Shown in pieces: positions 50,069 to 60,656 of a stretch of DNA of 64,000 nucleotides. The DNA comes from Phallusia mammillata (Eukaryota). The stretch covers positions 15,314,001-15,378,000 of the forward strand of contig OZ281497.1 of the NCBI GenBank assembly GCA_965637545.1, written 5' to 3'. A program made the position numbers and the translations under genes. Every line of letters starts with the position of its first letter. The first letter of the stretch is position 1. The notes under the pieces were generated by a model. That model saw only the letters and a program-made list of their open reading frames with translations, was not told where the DNA came from and ran no database searches.

Positions 50069-52302
50069 ATGAGTCGAATCAACTCAAATTTTTGTGTTTT
50101 TTTAATTGTTCTTAATCACGCAACAATTTTCATTCCAATGGGTTTGAATTTGGTTGCCTTAAATCCATCCACTCCTGCCATTGAAGTGTTTGTCAATGAA
50201 ACATTTCAGGTATTGAAATATCTAATTTAATAAAGTAATAGTCAAAGATCCTTGTTGTCTTACAGCTGTTGCTTTTAACTGATTATCTGTCCAGTGCAAC
50301 TTTGTGTATTATAATGCAGTGTATATTATTTTTGTTCAGTTAAGATACAACACTACTTCAACAGTGGATGAAAATACCCTAATTGTAACATTAGCTCAAT
50401 CAATGCTGGTTGTTGGTGCAGCAATGGGCTCCATTTCTACTCATCTTTGGGCAAAATATTTCCGGTACTTATCTGTTTCATCAATTCTACTTGATGTTTT
50501 CAAAAAGCCTGAAACACATTTTAACAAAATCCTCTTACTTTTAGTCGCAGAACGGGAGTCATCATTGTACATCTTCTTTCGTTATCCTCAGCAATATTAA
50601 TGTCAATTATAGCTTACCTTTTTCATTCTTATGAAGCATTGATCATAGGTCGTTGGGTTAATGGCCTTGCTAGGGGTTTGGGATTCAGTCTTGGTCCATT
50701 GTATGTTGCTGAGATAACTAGTCGAAAAACACTTGGTTTCTACCAAAGTCCTCTTGGATGGATTGTGCAACTAAGTGCAGTACTTGGCAATATAATAGCT
50801 CATCCAAACGTCCTTGGTGGGGTTTTCACTTGGCCATACGCAATGGCAATTCCTGGGTTGTTTTCAGTATTGTATTTGTGTTTCGTGCCTTGGATACCAG
50901 ACACCATACCCCACCACCTAAATGTGGAAAAGAGCACTGGGGTTGAAATTGATGGGGAAAACCCTATGACAAGACGTTCGTTTCTACTACTTGAAAAATT
51001 ACGCTCTGAAAAGGGCCCGGGCTTAATAAAAGAATACGAAGACATACAATCGGAAATTGCTGCCGATAATCGTGTAGAAGGGGCTTCATTGCGCACTATT
51101 CTAACTATCGGAACATACCGCAGGCAGGTGATAGCTGCTATCGTGGTCCAATTCAGCTTGCAGGCATCTGGAATACAAGCTGTGATGCAGTATACCAACA
51201 ACATTTTTGAAAGCGCGGGAGTGCACCCTGGAAACTCTACATACTACACCATAGGTATGTTGATATAACAAAAGTTTACCACGCATTTCGCATAACTCTT
51301 GCATCTTTTTGTTAAAGGAACTCTAATATTAATGGGGCTTGCAGTGTTCGCTTCCACGGGGCTTCTAACACGATTTGGCACCAAACGAATGCTCGTTATT
51401 GGTTTGACAATTGTTGTCTGTGCCTTAACACTTTTAACCATTTCAACAACCAACAGCTCGGACTCATCAAATATTCTGGGAGTTATCAGTGTCGCTTTGT
51501 TTGCGATTGGCGTTGGTACCGGTCCCATGCTTACAATGGTGACTTATCCGTCGGAGCTAACCACTGTGGTTTCTCGACCCAACGCCATGTGGTTGGCTAG
51601 TGTAGTTTTTTGGGTAACTGGTGGTCTTGTGTCGTTTATCTTTCCCTACAGTTTGGAGCTTCTTGGTGGATACGCGTACATTCCTTTCACGGTACTAGTT
51701 ATGTTGTCGGTAAGTGTATTTTTGTTCGCAACAACCGACATTTGTTTATGTTTCAACTTTAGAATGTATGCACTACATTATATACAAGCTCCATGGCAAT
51801 TTGCGTTTCGTCGAGCTCACTGTTGTGAAAAAAGGTGGCGAAAAATGTTTAAAATTGCGATTGGCACAAAAGTTTCGCATCGAAGCAGAATAATAGTAAA
51901 TGATTTATACATCATATGTAATTTGTTTTCGAAAATCGTTTCGCAATATGCATTGCACAGAAAACATCTGGCACAATTAGTTTATCCTTTTCTAAAAAAC
52001 TAATTGCAATGAATATACAACACACGCGGTTATCTTACAAACAGAACCTTTGACAGCATGCCAGCGTGCAAACATATGTAACCTCTGTTTAAAAGTCCAG
52101 CTTTCTGATTAACTGATTAGTAATCATTTTTCTTCAGGGTGGTTATGTCATCTTCTTTTTACCGGAAACACGAAACCGTTCAGCCCAAGATATTAAAAGT
52201 TTTTTTGCGAAATCAAAACTCTCCATGTCGAATAAAGCCTCCTCCAAACAAAGTACTGAACTTTTACCTGCTGCCCTCATTTCAAAGACTGATGAGTTGT
52301 GA
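50069..52302 (+). CDS. SLC2/GLUT-like transporter 7 (paralog of 5/6)
   Basis: Exons 50069-50209, 50340-50464, 50545-51254, 51318-51709 and 52138-52302; in frame. Confidence 0.9.
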
Positions 52303-54210
52303 ATGGTGCATGATTCACAACTTTGTTCCATACGATTTTTAACATCTTTTGCATTTTTTCACAATTTTACTACTACTGGTGCAACATGGTTTAAAAGTGT
52401 CTGAGACATGTTATTTTCATTCTCTGCTTAAAGTGTCTGAGACATGTATTTTTCATTCTCTATTTTCAAGCATTGTGTTTTAAACTTTCTTTCCTTGCAT
52501 TGTAATTTTCATGTTTCTTTTAGTTCGTACTTTAGCACACTGTAGCCTATTTTATTGCACCTATAGTTACAAGTTACTGTTCCAAAAGTTCCAAAAAAGT
52601 GAAATCTGCTCTTGTACTGTCTTATTCCGTTACTTTTTTGTCAACGGCCTCTTTTTTGACGATGGTAATGGAGAATTGCAAACTAATCACTTTGCTTAAC
52701 TCATACACGTACATTCATTTACACATTTTTATCCCAAACACATTTATTTGTTTCACTTATAGGTTGGGTAAAATGTGCTCCGTTTATACTCATCATAACG
52801 CACTTGCGTATTAACTACACAATTTCCCGCACTAAACCACTTGGTTTGAATGTTACGTACATATTACTGCATTTATTTACTGATATCATGGAAATTTTGA
52901 ATGTTTTTGCATTGGCGTCCCCGCAACCAGCACTGTTATGTGTTTTGGCATCCCTTTTTAATTTAAAACATACCATATACCAAAGCCTAACGTAATTTAA
53001 AGGTGCAATTTTTTATTTGTCTCTTCAGCATTTGTCGCTTTTCCTTATTAGCCAACATAGTTTTGTGCAATTAAAATTCAGTTGTCTAACTGAACCAATT
53101 TTACTTTTTTCACAAAAGTGTGCAAATTCCGGTTTTGTGTGAATCGAGCCCTAAACATCATTTGCTGCCCGTTTTTTAACGTGTTCCTTAGAAATGGGTA
53201 AATTATACATTAGGATGCCATCGACAAACTCTTGGGTTGTTGCTTTATAGTGTTACAACAAAGATGTTCGGTGTAATGTTACAACATCGCCACATAAAGT
53301 TAATACAACCGAATCAAGTGTTTTTAAGTAGAAAAGCCTAAACGGCTTATGCAGTGCCTGTTGGTTGCCGAGTCCAGCTGTACATTGGGACTTCTAAGAA
53401 TAGTTGTTGTTACACCCAGGGCGTTGAGGAAACCAACGTTGTCCACAGAACATAATAATTGTTTTTGTTAGATTGTTTAACTACAGTTGAAAAGTTTCCT
53501 GCGGTATATCACTTTTAGGCTTCAGTGATATACTTAGGATTAGTCGATCGCCTGTCCGGCACGCGGTAACTTTTTGTCCGATCTGGTTTGACCGTGGGCG
53601 ATGATATGCGGGATAACTTTGGGATGGTAAACAAAAGATTTCATCAGTAATGAATGTGGTAATCCGATTTTTTATTGATGGCTTTGCACATCGCGCTTGC
53701 AATTAGGTCCAAAAGAAAACCCGTACGTTTTTCAAACACCGATCTGTAATTAATCTCGTTTGACAGAAGTAGGCTAGTTGGCATGACGTATTCAATTCGA
53801 TTGTTCCTGTTTTGTTAAGGTAGTTAAAGGCAAATTATTCAGCATTCTTGTTGTCTCATTAGTCGCGTTGTGATTCCAATTAAACAGAAGCACTGTTTTG
53901 CAAAAGTCAGCGGTACTGTACCGTACTTCTGCAGGTCGCAACAAGCTTGTGTGACTCAGCAAATACAAATGGTGCTGAGGCTGGGCTAAAGTTTCAGGAG
54001 ACCAGACGCTCTGTTTAAGTCTGCACCTTTTTCGGGCGGCTTCAATTGAAAAGAAAACTTTAGTGGTGCAAAAGCGTGAAGCTGCCGGTAACAGACCTGT
54101 GACCAGTAACTGGGGCGCCGCCAAACCTTTGTGACTACTGTAGCAGCAGTAAGAACCTAGTAACACAATTTGATTTGCAGCAGGTTGTTTCAAGAAGATT
54201 GCCAAAGATA

Positions 54211-55451
54211 ATGGGAATTACATTTTATTCAAATGTTGTGAGCCCACCTTGCAGGGCAGTGTGGCTAACTTTAAAAACCCTTGGTTTGGAGTTCAAACTG
54301 CATGAGGTAAACTTTGCTGAAATGGAGCATAAAAGTCCGGAGTTTCTTGCCGTTAATCCGAGGGGCAAGATACCTGGGTTGAATGACAATGGATTTGTAC
54401 TGGGAGAAAGGTAGGTTATATAGCAGTGGTTCTCAAACTTTTTTGAGCGCGAGCCAAATCTGAGTTTTATAAACACCTCACGACCCAAGCCTCAAACAAC
54501 AAAAAATGTATTTTATTTCCTTGTACGAATACTTACTCATACTCTAACGCTAACTGTCACATGGCCAAGTTCAGTTAACGCAAGATTAACTTATCCTATT
54601 ATTTCCCGTGCTATGACGTTACAATCGCCATGTGCGAAACAGTATAGTGGGAAGGCTATATTGTGTGCGCCACCCATTTTTTTACCCGGTGCGACACATG
54701 TTTGGGTCGCGACCCATACTTTGAGAACCACTGTTATATAAATTAACTAAGATTTATTTATTATTTTTGTGTATACGGTAAAGTGTAAACGAAGATACTT
54801 TAACCTGTTTCTGTATTTATAGCCGTGCCATAATGCAATATTTGTGCAACAAATTCGAGAAAAAGAATGAAAACGAACTTTACCCGAAAGATCCCCAAGC
54901 CCGAGCGCTAGTTGATCAAATGCTTTACATAGATGTCGACGCAGTGGAAGAATTCTATTCTTACGTGGTATGTTGTCGACAATAAAGCATTCTAAAATGG
55001 GTTAACAATAATCTATAGTTTACAATTTTGTGCGCAGAAACCGTTTCAGGTGTTGTTTCTCGAACAAAAACCTGGCTTGGGTGAAGAATCAAAAATTCAA
55101 GACTACTTTAAGAAGCTCGAATGCTCTCTTTCAAAAAACAAGTTTTTAGCTGCCGACCACTTCACAATTGCTGGTAAGTAATTCGCTTTATAGTGTACCT
55201 GTGTTTGTTCTAGAAGCAGAATTGTCATCCATGTTTTTTTGGAAACTATTAGTTTTGCCTTTGTTGCCGCAGATTTCTCGGTGATAGCAAGCATCACCAT
55301 CTTGGATTTGTGTAAATACGACAACTTTGGCGAGTTCCCCAAATTAAAGAAGTGGATGGAGGCAATGAGGGCACTGCCAGGATTTGAGGAGTGTGTTGGA
55401 ACACATGTAAAAAGCGTGACTGCAATGTATCAAGGAAAGATCAACGCATAA
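54211..55451 (+). CDS. cytosolic glutathione S-transferase, Ser-type (theta/delta-like)
   Basis: Exons 54211-54410, 54823-54967, 55038-55173 and 55273-55451 give SPPCRAV, NPRGKIP, LGESRAIMQYL, LYPKDP..RA.VDQML, FLAADHFTIAD and FPKLKKW. Confidence 0.92.
54424..54733. mobile_element. hAT MITE in GST intron 1
   Basis: TIRs CAGTGGTTCTCAAA / TTTGAGAACCACTG; TSD TTATATA(G/A). Confidence 0.88.
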
Positions 55452-56255
55452 ACATTTGTGATTGGCTACCCAATAATCGCTTGTGTATCAAACTCTGTAA
55501 CACTTAATAAACGAAGTAGCCTAGCTGCCTATAGTGCTTGCCCTTGTTATACAATATACTGCAAATGTTTAAAATACTATGTCGGCCTTTGATGAAATAG
55601 GGCCGTTAACCGCATAAACAAAGGTTGTGCACCCTGTTCATAGATGATGTACCTAACCATGAGTGAAATAAACAAAGCTAAGTAACCTTGCGTTGTCCGG
55701 TTGATATTTTTGTGTAGGCACACAAGCCTTGGTAACGCGTTAGGCATGGTGTCCGTTGCATACATTTCGCAGTTCTCAATCTATTGAGAAAGAAACAAGT
55801 GACATGTGTGATGCAACCGTGCGTAGCGTGGAACGTAAAACATCAAATACAGGCCTAGGCTACCATACGCGGTTTGACTCAATTTGCTTCCTTGGACAAC
55901 AAGCCTTTAATTGAACCGATCCCGATAGCTTATAGCCTATGTTTGTTGGACGAATAATTTAACTGCTCAAACTTGAAATCATTTACAATAAATTGACTTG
56001 GCACAAGTTTATTGTCATCAGTGGTATTGTTAATTGTTATACCGGTGGCGATAGGGTATTTTGAGTCTGACCATAGAATTCTAAAAACATAGAAGGACCA
56101 CTGGGCTTCGTCACGCTTGAGTAAGACTGACGCGATCAGAAAAAGTGTCAACAGCGGCAGGCGACAAATAGGCTACTGTACCTGCTTTTTGCAGTGATGT
56201 CGGTTTATTTTATAACATTTTTTACCTTGTTAGCAGGAGCTTTACCTTAAAAAGT

Positions 56256-56969
56256 ATGTCGGGCAGTGAAATTACCGAAAAGTTGCTTTTGGAACTGTTT
56301 GACATTCCAGATCGACTCGACACAACTCCTGTCAGTGTCATGCAGTCCACATGCGAAAATACCCCTGATTTTGTAAAGCGTATTTTACCTGACAAAGTCA
56401 AAGTATCTCCTGCAGGGTATGAAGTTTTTACAAAATGGCTAGGTATGCATGCCAAATGCAACCAAGCAAGCATAATTATTGAAGAGTATCCAAAGTATTG
56501 TTGTGAGGCTCATATTTTATTTTTAAAATTGTCACAAATGGAAGCAGCAAAACAACTGTTACACTTAGTTAACGAAATTGTGCGTCATAAAGCAGAAAAG
56601 AAATTTCCACACCTACGATATATTATTCAACATTTGTACGATGCCAATGATGCAAATTCATCATTTCTTTGCATGCTTGAAAGAAAAATCGGATGTTTAA
56701 AAAGGCCATCAGAACATTTTACATTCTTCACAGACTATTTGTATTTAAATTTTAGCAAGGAATGCAACAAGAAACTTAGCACTATTAATTTTGATTCTGT
56801 GATTGTTTATGTATTTTCTGGTTCCCACTTTTTAAGGTTTACAGAAACTTTAAGTGACATGGCCAAATGTGACTATGAGCAAAGTGAAACAATTGTTACC
56901 TATATTGTCAAGCTTTTTATAAGGGTACTTGGTCACAGTTTTAGCAAAACAGTTCGAAAACATTTTTAG
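56256..56969 (+). CDS. second ORF of the P element, 237 aa, unknown; weakly resembles the P/THAP9 transposase C-terminal domain
   Basis: Long uninterrupted ORF in AT-rich DNA, wholly inside the TIRs, convergent with the transposase; contains SSFLCMLERKIGCLKRPS and IVKLFIRVLGHSFSK. Confidence 0.7.
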   Translation: MSGSEITEKLLLELFDIPDRLDTTPVSVMQSTCENTPDFVKRILPDKVKVSPAGYEVFTKWLGMHAKCNQASIIIEEYPKYCCEAHILFLKLSQMEAAKQLLHLVNEIVRHKAEKKFPHLRYIIQHLYDANDANSSFLCMLERKIGCLKRPSEHFTFFTDYLYLNFSKECNKKLSTINFDSVIVYVFSGSHFLRFTETLSDMAKCDYEQSETIVTYIVKLFIRVLGHSFSKTVRKHF

Positions 56970-57049
56970 AAAAGTAAACAAACAATCTTCTGGGTTGCGA
57001 GCAAGTTTTGCCACTACATCAAAATAACAAGGGTTGCAATAGCTGTAAA

Positions 57050-60000
57050 TTATTTATTTTTCTTTTGGAGTGGTTCATCACACAATTCTGTCCAGGCATT
57101 CTTTTTTCCAAATGTAGTGTTTCCCCCTTTAATTTTTTTTATTATTTTGCGTTGGGTTATGTGCTGCACCCCATATGACACCTGAAATATATCAGGGTTT
57201 CTGGCTCGATGTCCAAGTTGTCTCTAAATAAAATTACAAATTGTGTAACCGGTCTTCTGTTATTTATGCAAACAGCAACAAATAAGTTTACAATGTTTCC
57301 AAAAAATGCCTCCAACACATCTTGTGAAAAAGTGTGAAGGCACACATATTTGAATTTTTCTAAAAGCCTCTTTGCAAGAAAAATCAGATTTCTTGTTGTA
57401 AATACTAATCCTTCCAGTGTTGGACGGGCCATAATTCTTTTCGTCTCACCCTTGTGGTGTTTTTCTATATCATTCTACATAAATAAAACATTGAGGTGAT
57501 GAACTGAGGACACCAATGGGAATAACATCACAGGGACTAAGAGTTAACATAATCTTCATGCAGAAAGTTAGGTAACTATTATATTGTTTTGTTAATGTTG
57601 TCAGAGTACTACATAAATGAAAAGACCTTCCAAGCAATAAGCTCTTCAATAAACACATTTTGTAGCCATAACAATCGAGAGTCTTCTGGATTGCGAATTG
57701 GACACTTGACGCCACAATTTACTATGTCGAACCACCTACAAGTGCAAACAAGCCTATTGTAAATAACCTCCATATAACAAATGGATCCAAATGTTATATT
57801 GGTTTAACAAGTTGGTACAGTAATGTACTTACTTAGCAAAAAGAAGGATGCAATCAGCAGTTCCAGATGTGTTGGAGTTAGCAAGCAAACACTGCCCTAC
57901 TCTCCAACTTAATATATCTCGAGCCAAGTTTACCTTCATCTGTATGATAAACTGCTTACTTATGTGGTTATGCAGTCATAGCATATTAATTACCTTTGTA
58001 CATGAATTCAATTGAATATGAGCCAAGCTTAAGTTAGTTTTTCTGAGCACAGGCATATCCTTGTCGGTATTATACAATTCTACAACATGGGTTCATAAAA
58101 TATCTTTTCCATTCCTGTTCATGTACTTTGATCCACCAGGTTTTGAAGAAAATAAACTGTTTCTTGCAGTCTGTAAAAAAAGGCAGGCATGAAAAAATAT
58201 CCAGTTGGAGTATACTTGTTGCTTACTTTTAACAAATGTGAAGGATCCGAACATAAATAAACAGGACGACTTGGACAAATCGGATTAGGTCCATGCAGTG
58301 GTTCCAACAAACTTATTTCTTTTTTTCCACTAATCAATTTAAAAAACTGTCGATTTGTAGCCATTCCATCAGCAATAACTGCATGGATCTGCAAACCTCT
58401 AGACTCGCATTCCAACAAAATTTTCCAAAATATTAAGGCCAGAGCTGGTGCAGGGGTAACTTTGGTTGGATACCACGCTATAGGCAGTGAAACTTTTCGT
58501 TTGACTGTTCTCACAAAAAACACTAAAACAGGATGAGTTTTAAAATCATGTTTAAGAACCTAAAATTTTCATTTCAAAGTAAACACTTGCCCAAAACATG
58601 TGTTGCAATATCATTGCTTAAGTCAGCTCCAGAGTAGTCCAGGTCAACAAACCCAACCAGTTTGTTGTCCTTCATGACAAGGTTTTCTTTTACTGCAAAA
58701 TCATAGATCAGTAAAAATGTTTATTTGGCATACACCAAAATAAAACATACTTTTCATTTCATCCAGTGTGAGAAATCCAACTAACTCAGAGACCGAGGTT
58801 GATACCCTTTCTATCTCATCAAGAGACATTTGATTAATTCCAGGCTGAGGCTTTATAAAATTACTACACAAAAGTATAATAAATATTTTGCTGTCCCTTA
58901 ACAAACTGCAACTTTACCGGTAACGCTTGATGGTTGTTGGGGAAGGCAAAGTCAAAACATCGGAGGCACGTATATGTTCATATGCTGCTGGCGACCGGCA
59001 ATAAAATTCAATGCACCATCGTACTAAATCTGGATGGTAACGGCGAGCATTAGGTGGCAGTGTTATGTTCAATAACTGTTGCTTTAAAAACATTTCTTTC
59101 CAAGGATTGGTGTTCTGCAAAATGCAATTAATTGTTATTATTACTGTTTAATAGGTAACTAGCTTCATATAGTGTACTTGTTTAACTTGTGAGTCATCAT
59201 CTTCTAGCAAAAGTGATTCACTTTGAATTTCAACGCACTCAGGACATGTTGCATTTTTCTTGCAAGCTAGAATTATAACATATCTTGATACAATCTGAAA
59301 ATACATACGAAACAATATACACTTACCAATTAATCTACAGTTTGTTGCCCTAAATACATTTTTAATTTTGATTGATCCATTTTCCCATGTAAGAATAGGA
59401 TGAACTTTTGTGTTCTTAACTTCTTCTTGTACTCCACTACAGGGAGTCAGATTGGAAATTTCATCTACATATTGTTTGTAGAAAAGCAGTTGGTCATAAT
59501 ATACAAAAATAAGTTAGCTACAGATTGCAAACACTTTTTCAAGTAGTAGTGTCTCATCAGTGCAACTGGTGACAACACAGATTTATGTTGTTCAGATTTA
59601 AATGACCAAAGCAAAAATTGGAAACTTACCTAATACTTTACTTAGTGCAACTTGTTGGGCATCAGGAAGAGGTACTGATCCCAAATCAACTTTCCACCCA
59701 TCTACAGACAACTCTGCAATTTTTGCATTTAATGCAAAAACAACCCTAACAGTGTGAAAATTAATTCTGATTAGTACTTTTTTGGGGTAAAAACTTGCCT
59801 AAACTTTTACCTTAAATGAGGAACTAGTTGTGCCTCTACATGTAATTCTGACACCAAGTTGTTTCCTTTCTCATAAAATATCCATTTTTCTGAAAATGAA
59901 TCTGCATTATTAACTACTTTTACTGACATGGCACCTGGCAGACTAACAGCTGGCCTCTCTAACCTTTTAAAAACTCAGGTAGTTGTTTAAAAGACTTCTG

Positions 60001-60475
60001 TAAGTCAACAATATTCTTGTGTCTTTTTCTGGGCTCTTCTGCAACTCTTGCCACTGGTGGCTTTCTAGGTGGATGGGTAAAACTTGACTTTTTTGGTAAA
60101 TGTAAACATGGTTTAGCACCCTGGCAAAGAGTCTTGAATTTGCCATGAACAACAATATCTGTTGGCATAAAGTGCAACTCACAAATTGCTGCCCTGTGAT
60201 GAAAAATACTGACATTGACTGATATTACGATTTTTTTGCATATTCATGGCAATTTACGTTTCTTTTTGTAGCATTTCTTTAATGCAATCACCAGAGGCTG
60301 CATCTCTCATGGACAGCACAAACCTTGTAAGCTGCTCTCTGTGGGCTTTTTCTGCTGAGCTTTTGGCAAGAGCCGGTTTTCGGACAGCAAAAATTGAAAC
60401 TTTGCGTTCGTTCTTAATTTTAGAATTTCTGACGCCTGAAATACAGCCAGGCACACAGCAATGACTAGGCGCCAT
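57050..60475 (-). pseudogene. THAP-domain P-element transposase, 15 exons, one in-frame stop
   Basis: Hand splicing gives THAP (CCVPGC...ICELHF...AKPCL), RSPAAYEHIR...LPSPTTIKR, the catalytic motifs LTLDEMK, IADGMATN, SDPSHLLK and SQDVLEAFFGNIRQLG...NP, and KMKVNLA. Single TGA at 58093-58095 where Trp is expected. Confidence 0.9.
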
Positions 60476-60626
60476 GATTTATATTTACACTTTTCGAGCG
60501 ACCAAACAGACAACAGGTACTAAAGTAACGAGAAAACTCGCGGTATCGTGTCAGTCTTACTCATGCGGAACGAGACGCAAGAACAATGAGTGGTCCTTCT
60601 ATGTTTTTAGAATTCTATGGTCTGAC

Positions 60627-60656
60627 CATAGATTACTTACCAGTAAGTTATCTATG
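60627..60656. mobile_element. 30-bp P-type remnant (excision footprint or micro-MITE)
   Basis: CATAGATTACTTACCAGTAAGTTATCTATG, a near-perfect hairpin with CATAG...CTATG ends, flanked by GTCTGAC at 60620-60626 and 60657-60663. Confidence 0.85.

Larger units (their letters stand above)
56072..60619. mobile_element. P-superfamily DNA transposon, 4548 bp
   Basis: Perfect 31-bp TIRs CATAGAATTCTAAAAACATAGAAGGACCACT (56072-56102; 60589-60619), 7-bp TSD GTCTGAC (56065-56071; 60620-60626), internal THAP-transposase gene. Confidence 0.95.

Noticed and set aside
8403-51528. Numerous minus-strand and alternate-frame ORFs over the SLC2-like exons, and read-through extensions such as 51299-52003
   Set aside because: They are shadows of the real coding exons, or run-on into introns past clear splice donors.
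53792-54205. 137-aa minus-strand ORF upstream of GST
   Set aside because: No recognisable motif or splice context; it overlaps the likely GST promoter and 5' UTR.
55930-56151. Two ORFs (55930-56151 and 60474-60662) sharing WSFYVFRILWSD
   Set aside because: The shared peptide is the translation of the P-element TIR at each end.
59890-59965. Apparent frameshifts in the transposase (near 59965, 59300 and 57200)
   Set aside because: Each resolves with a normal-sized GT-AG intron that restores conserved motifs; only the TGA at 58093-58095 remains as a lesion.
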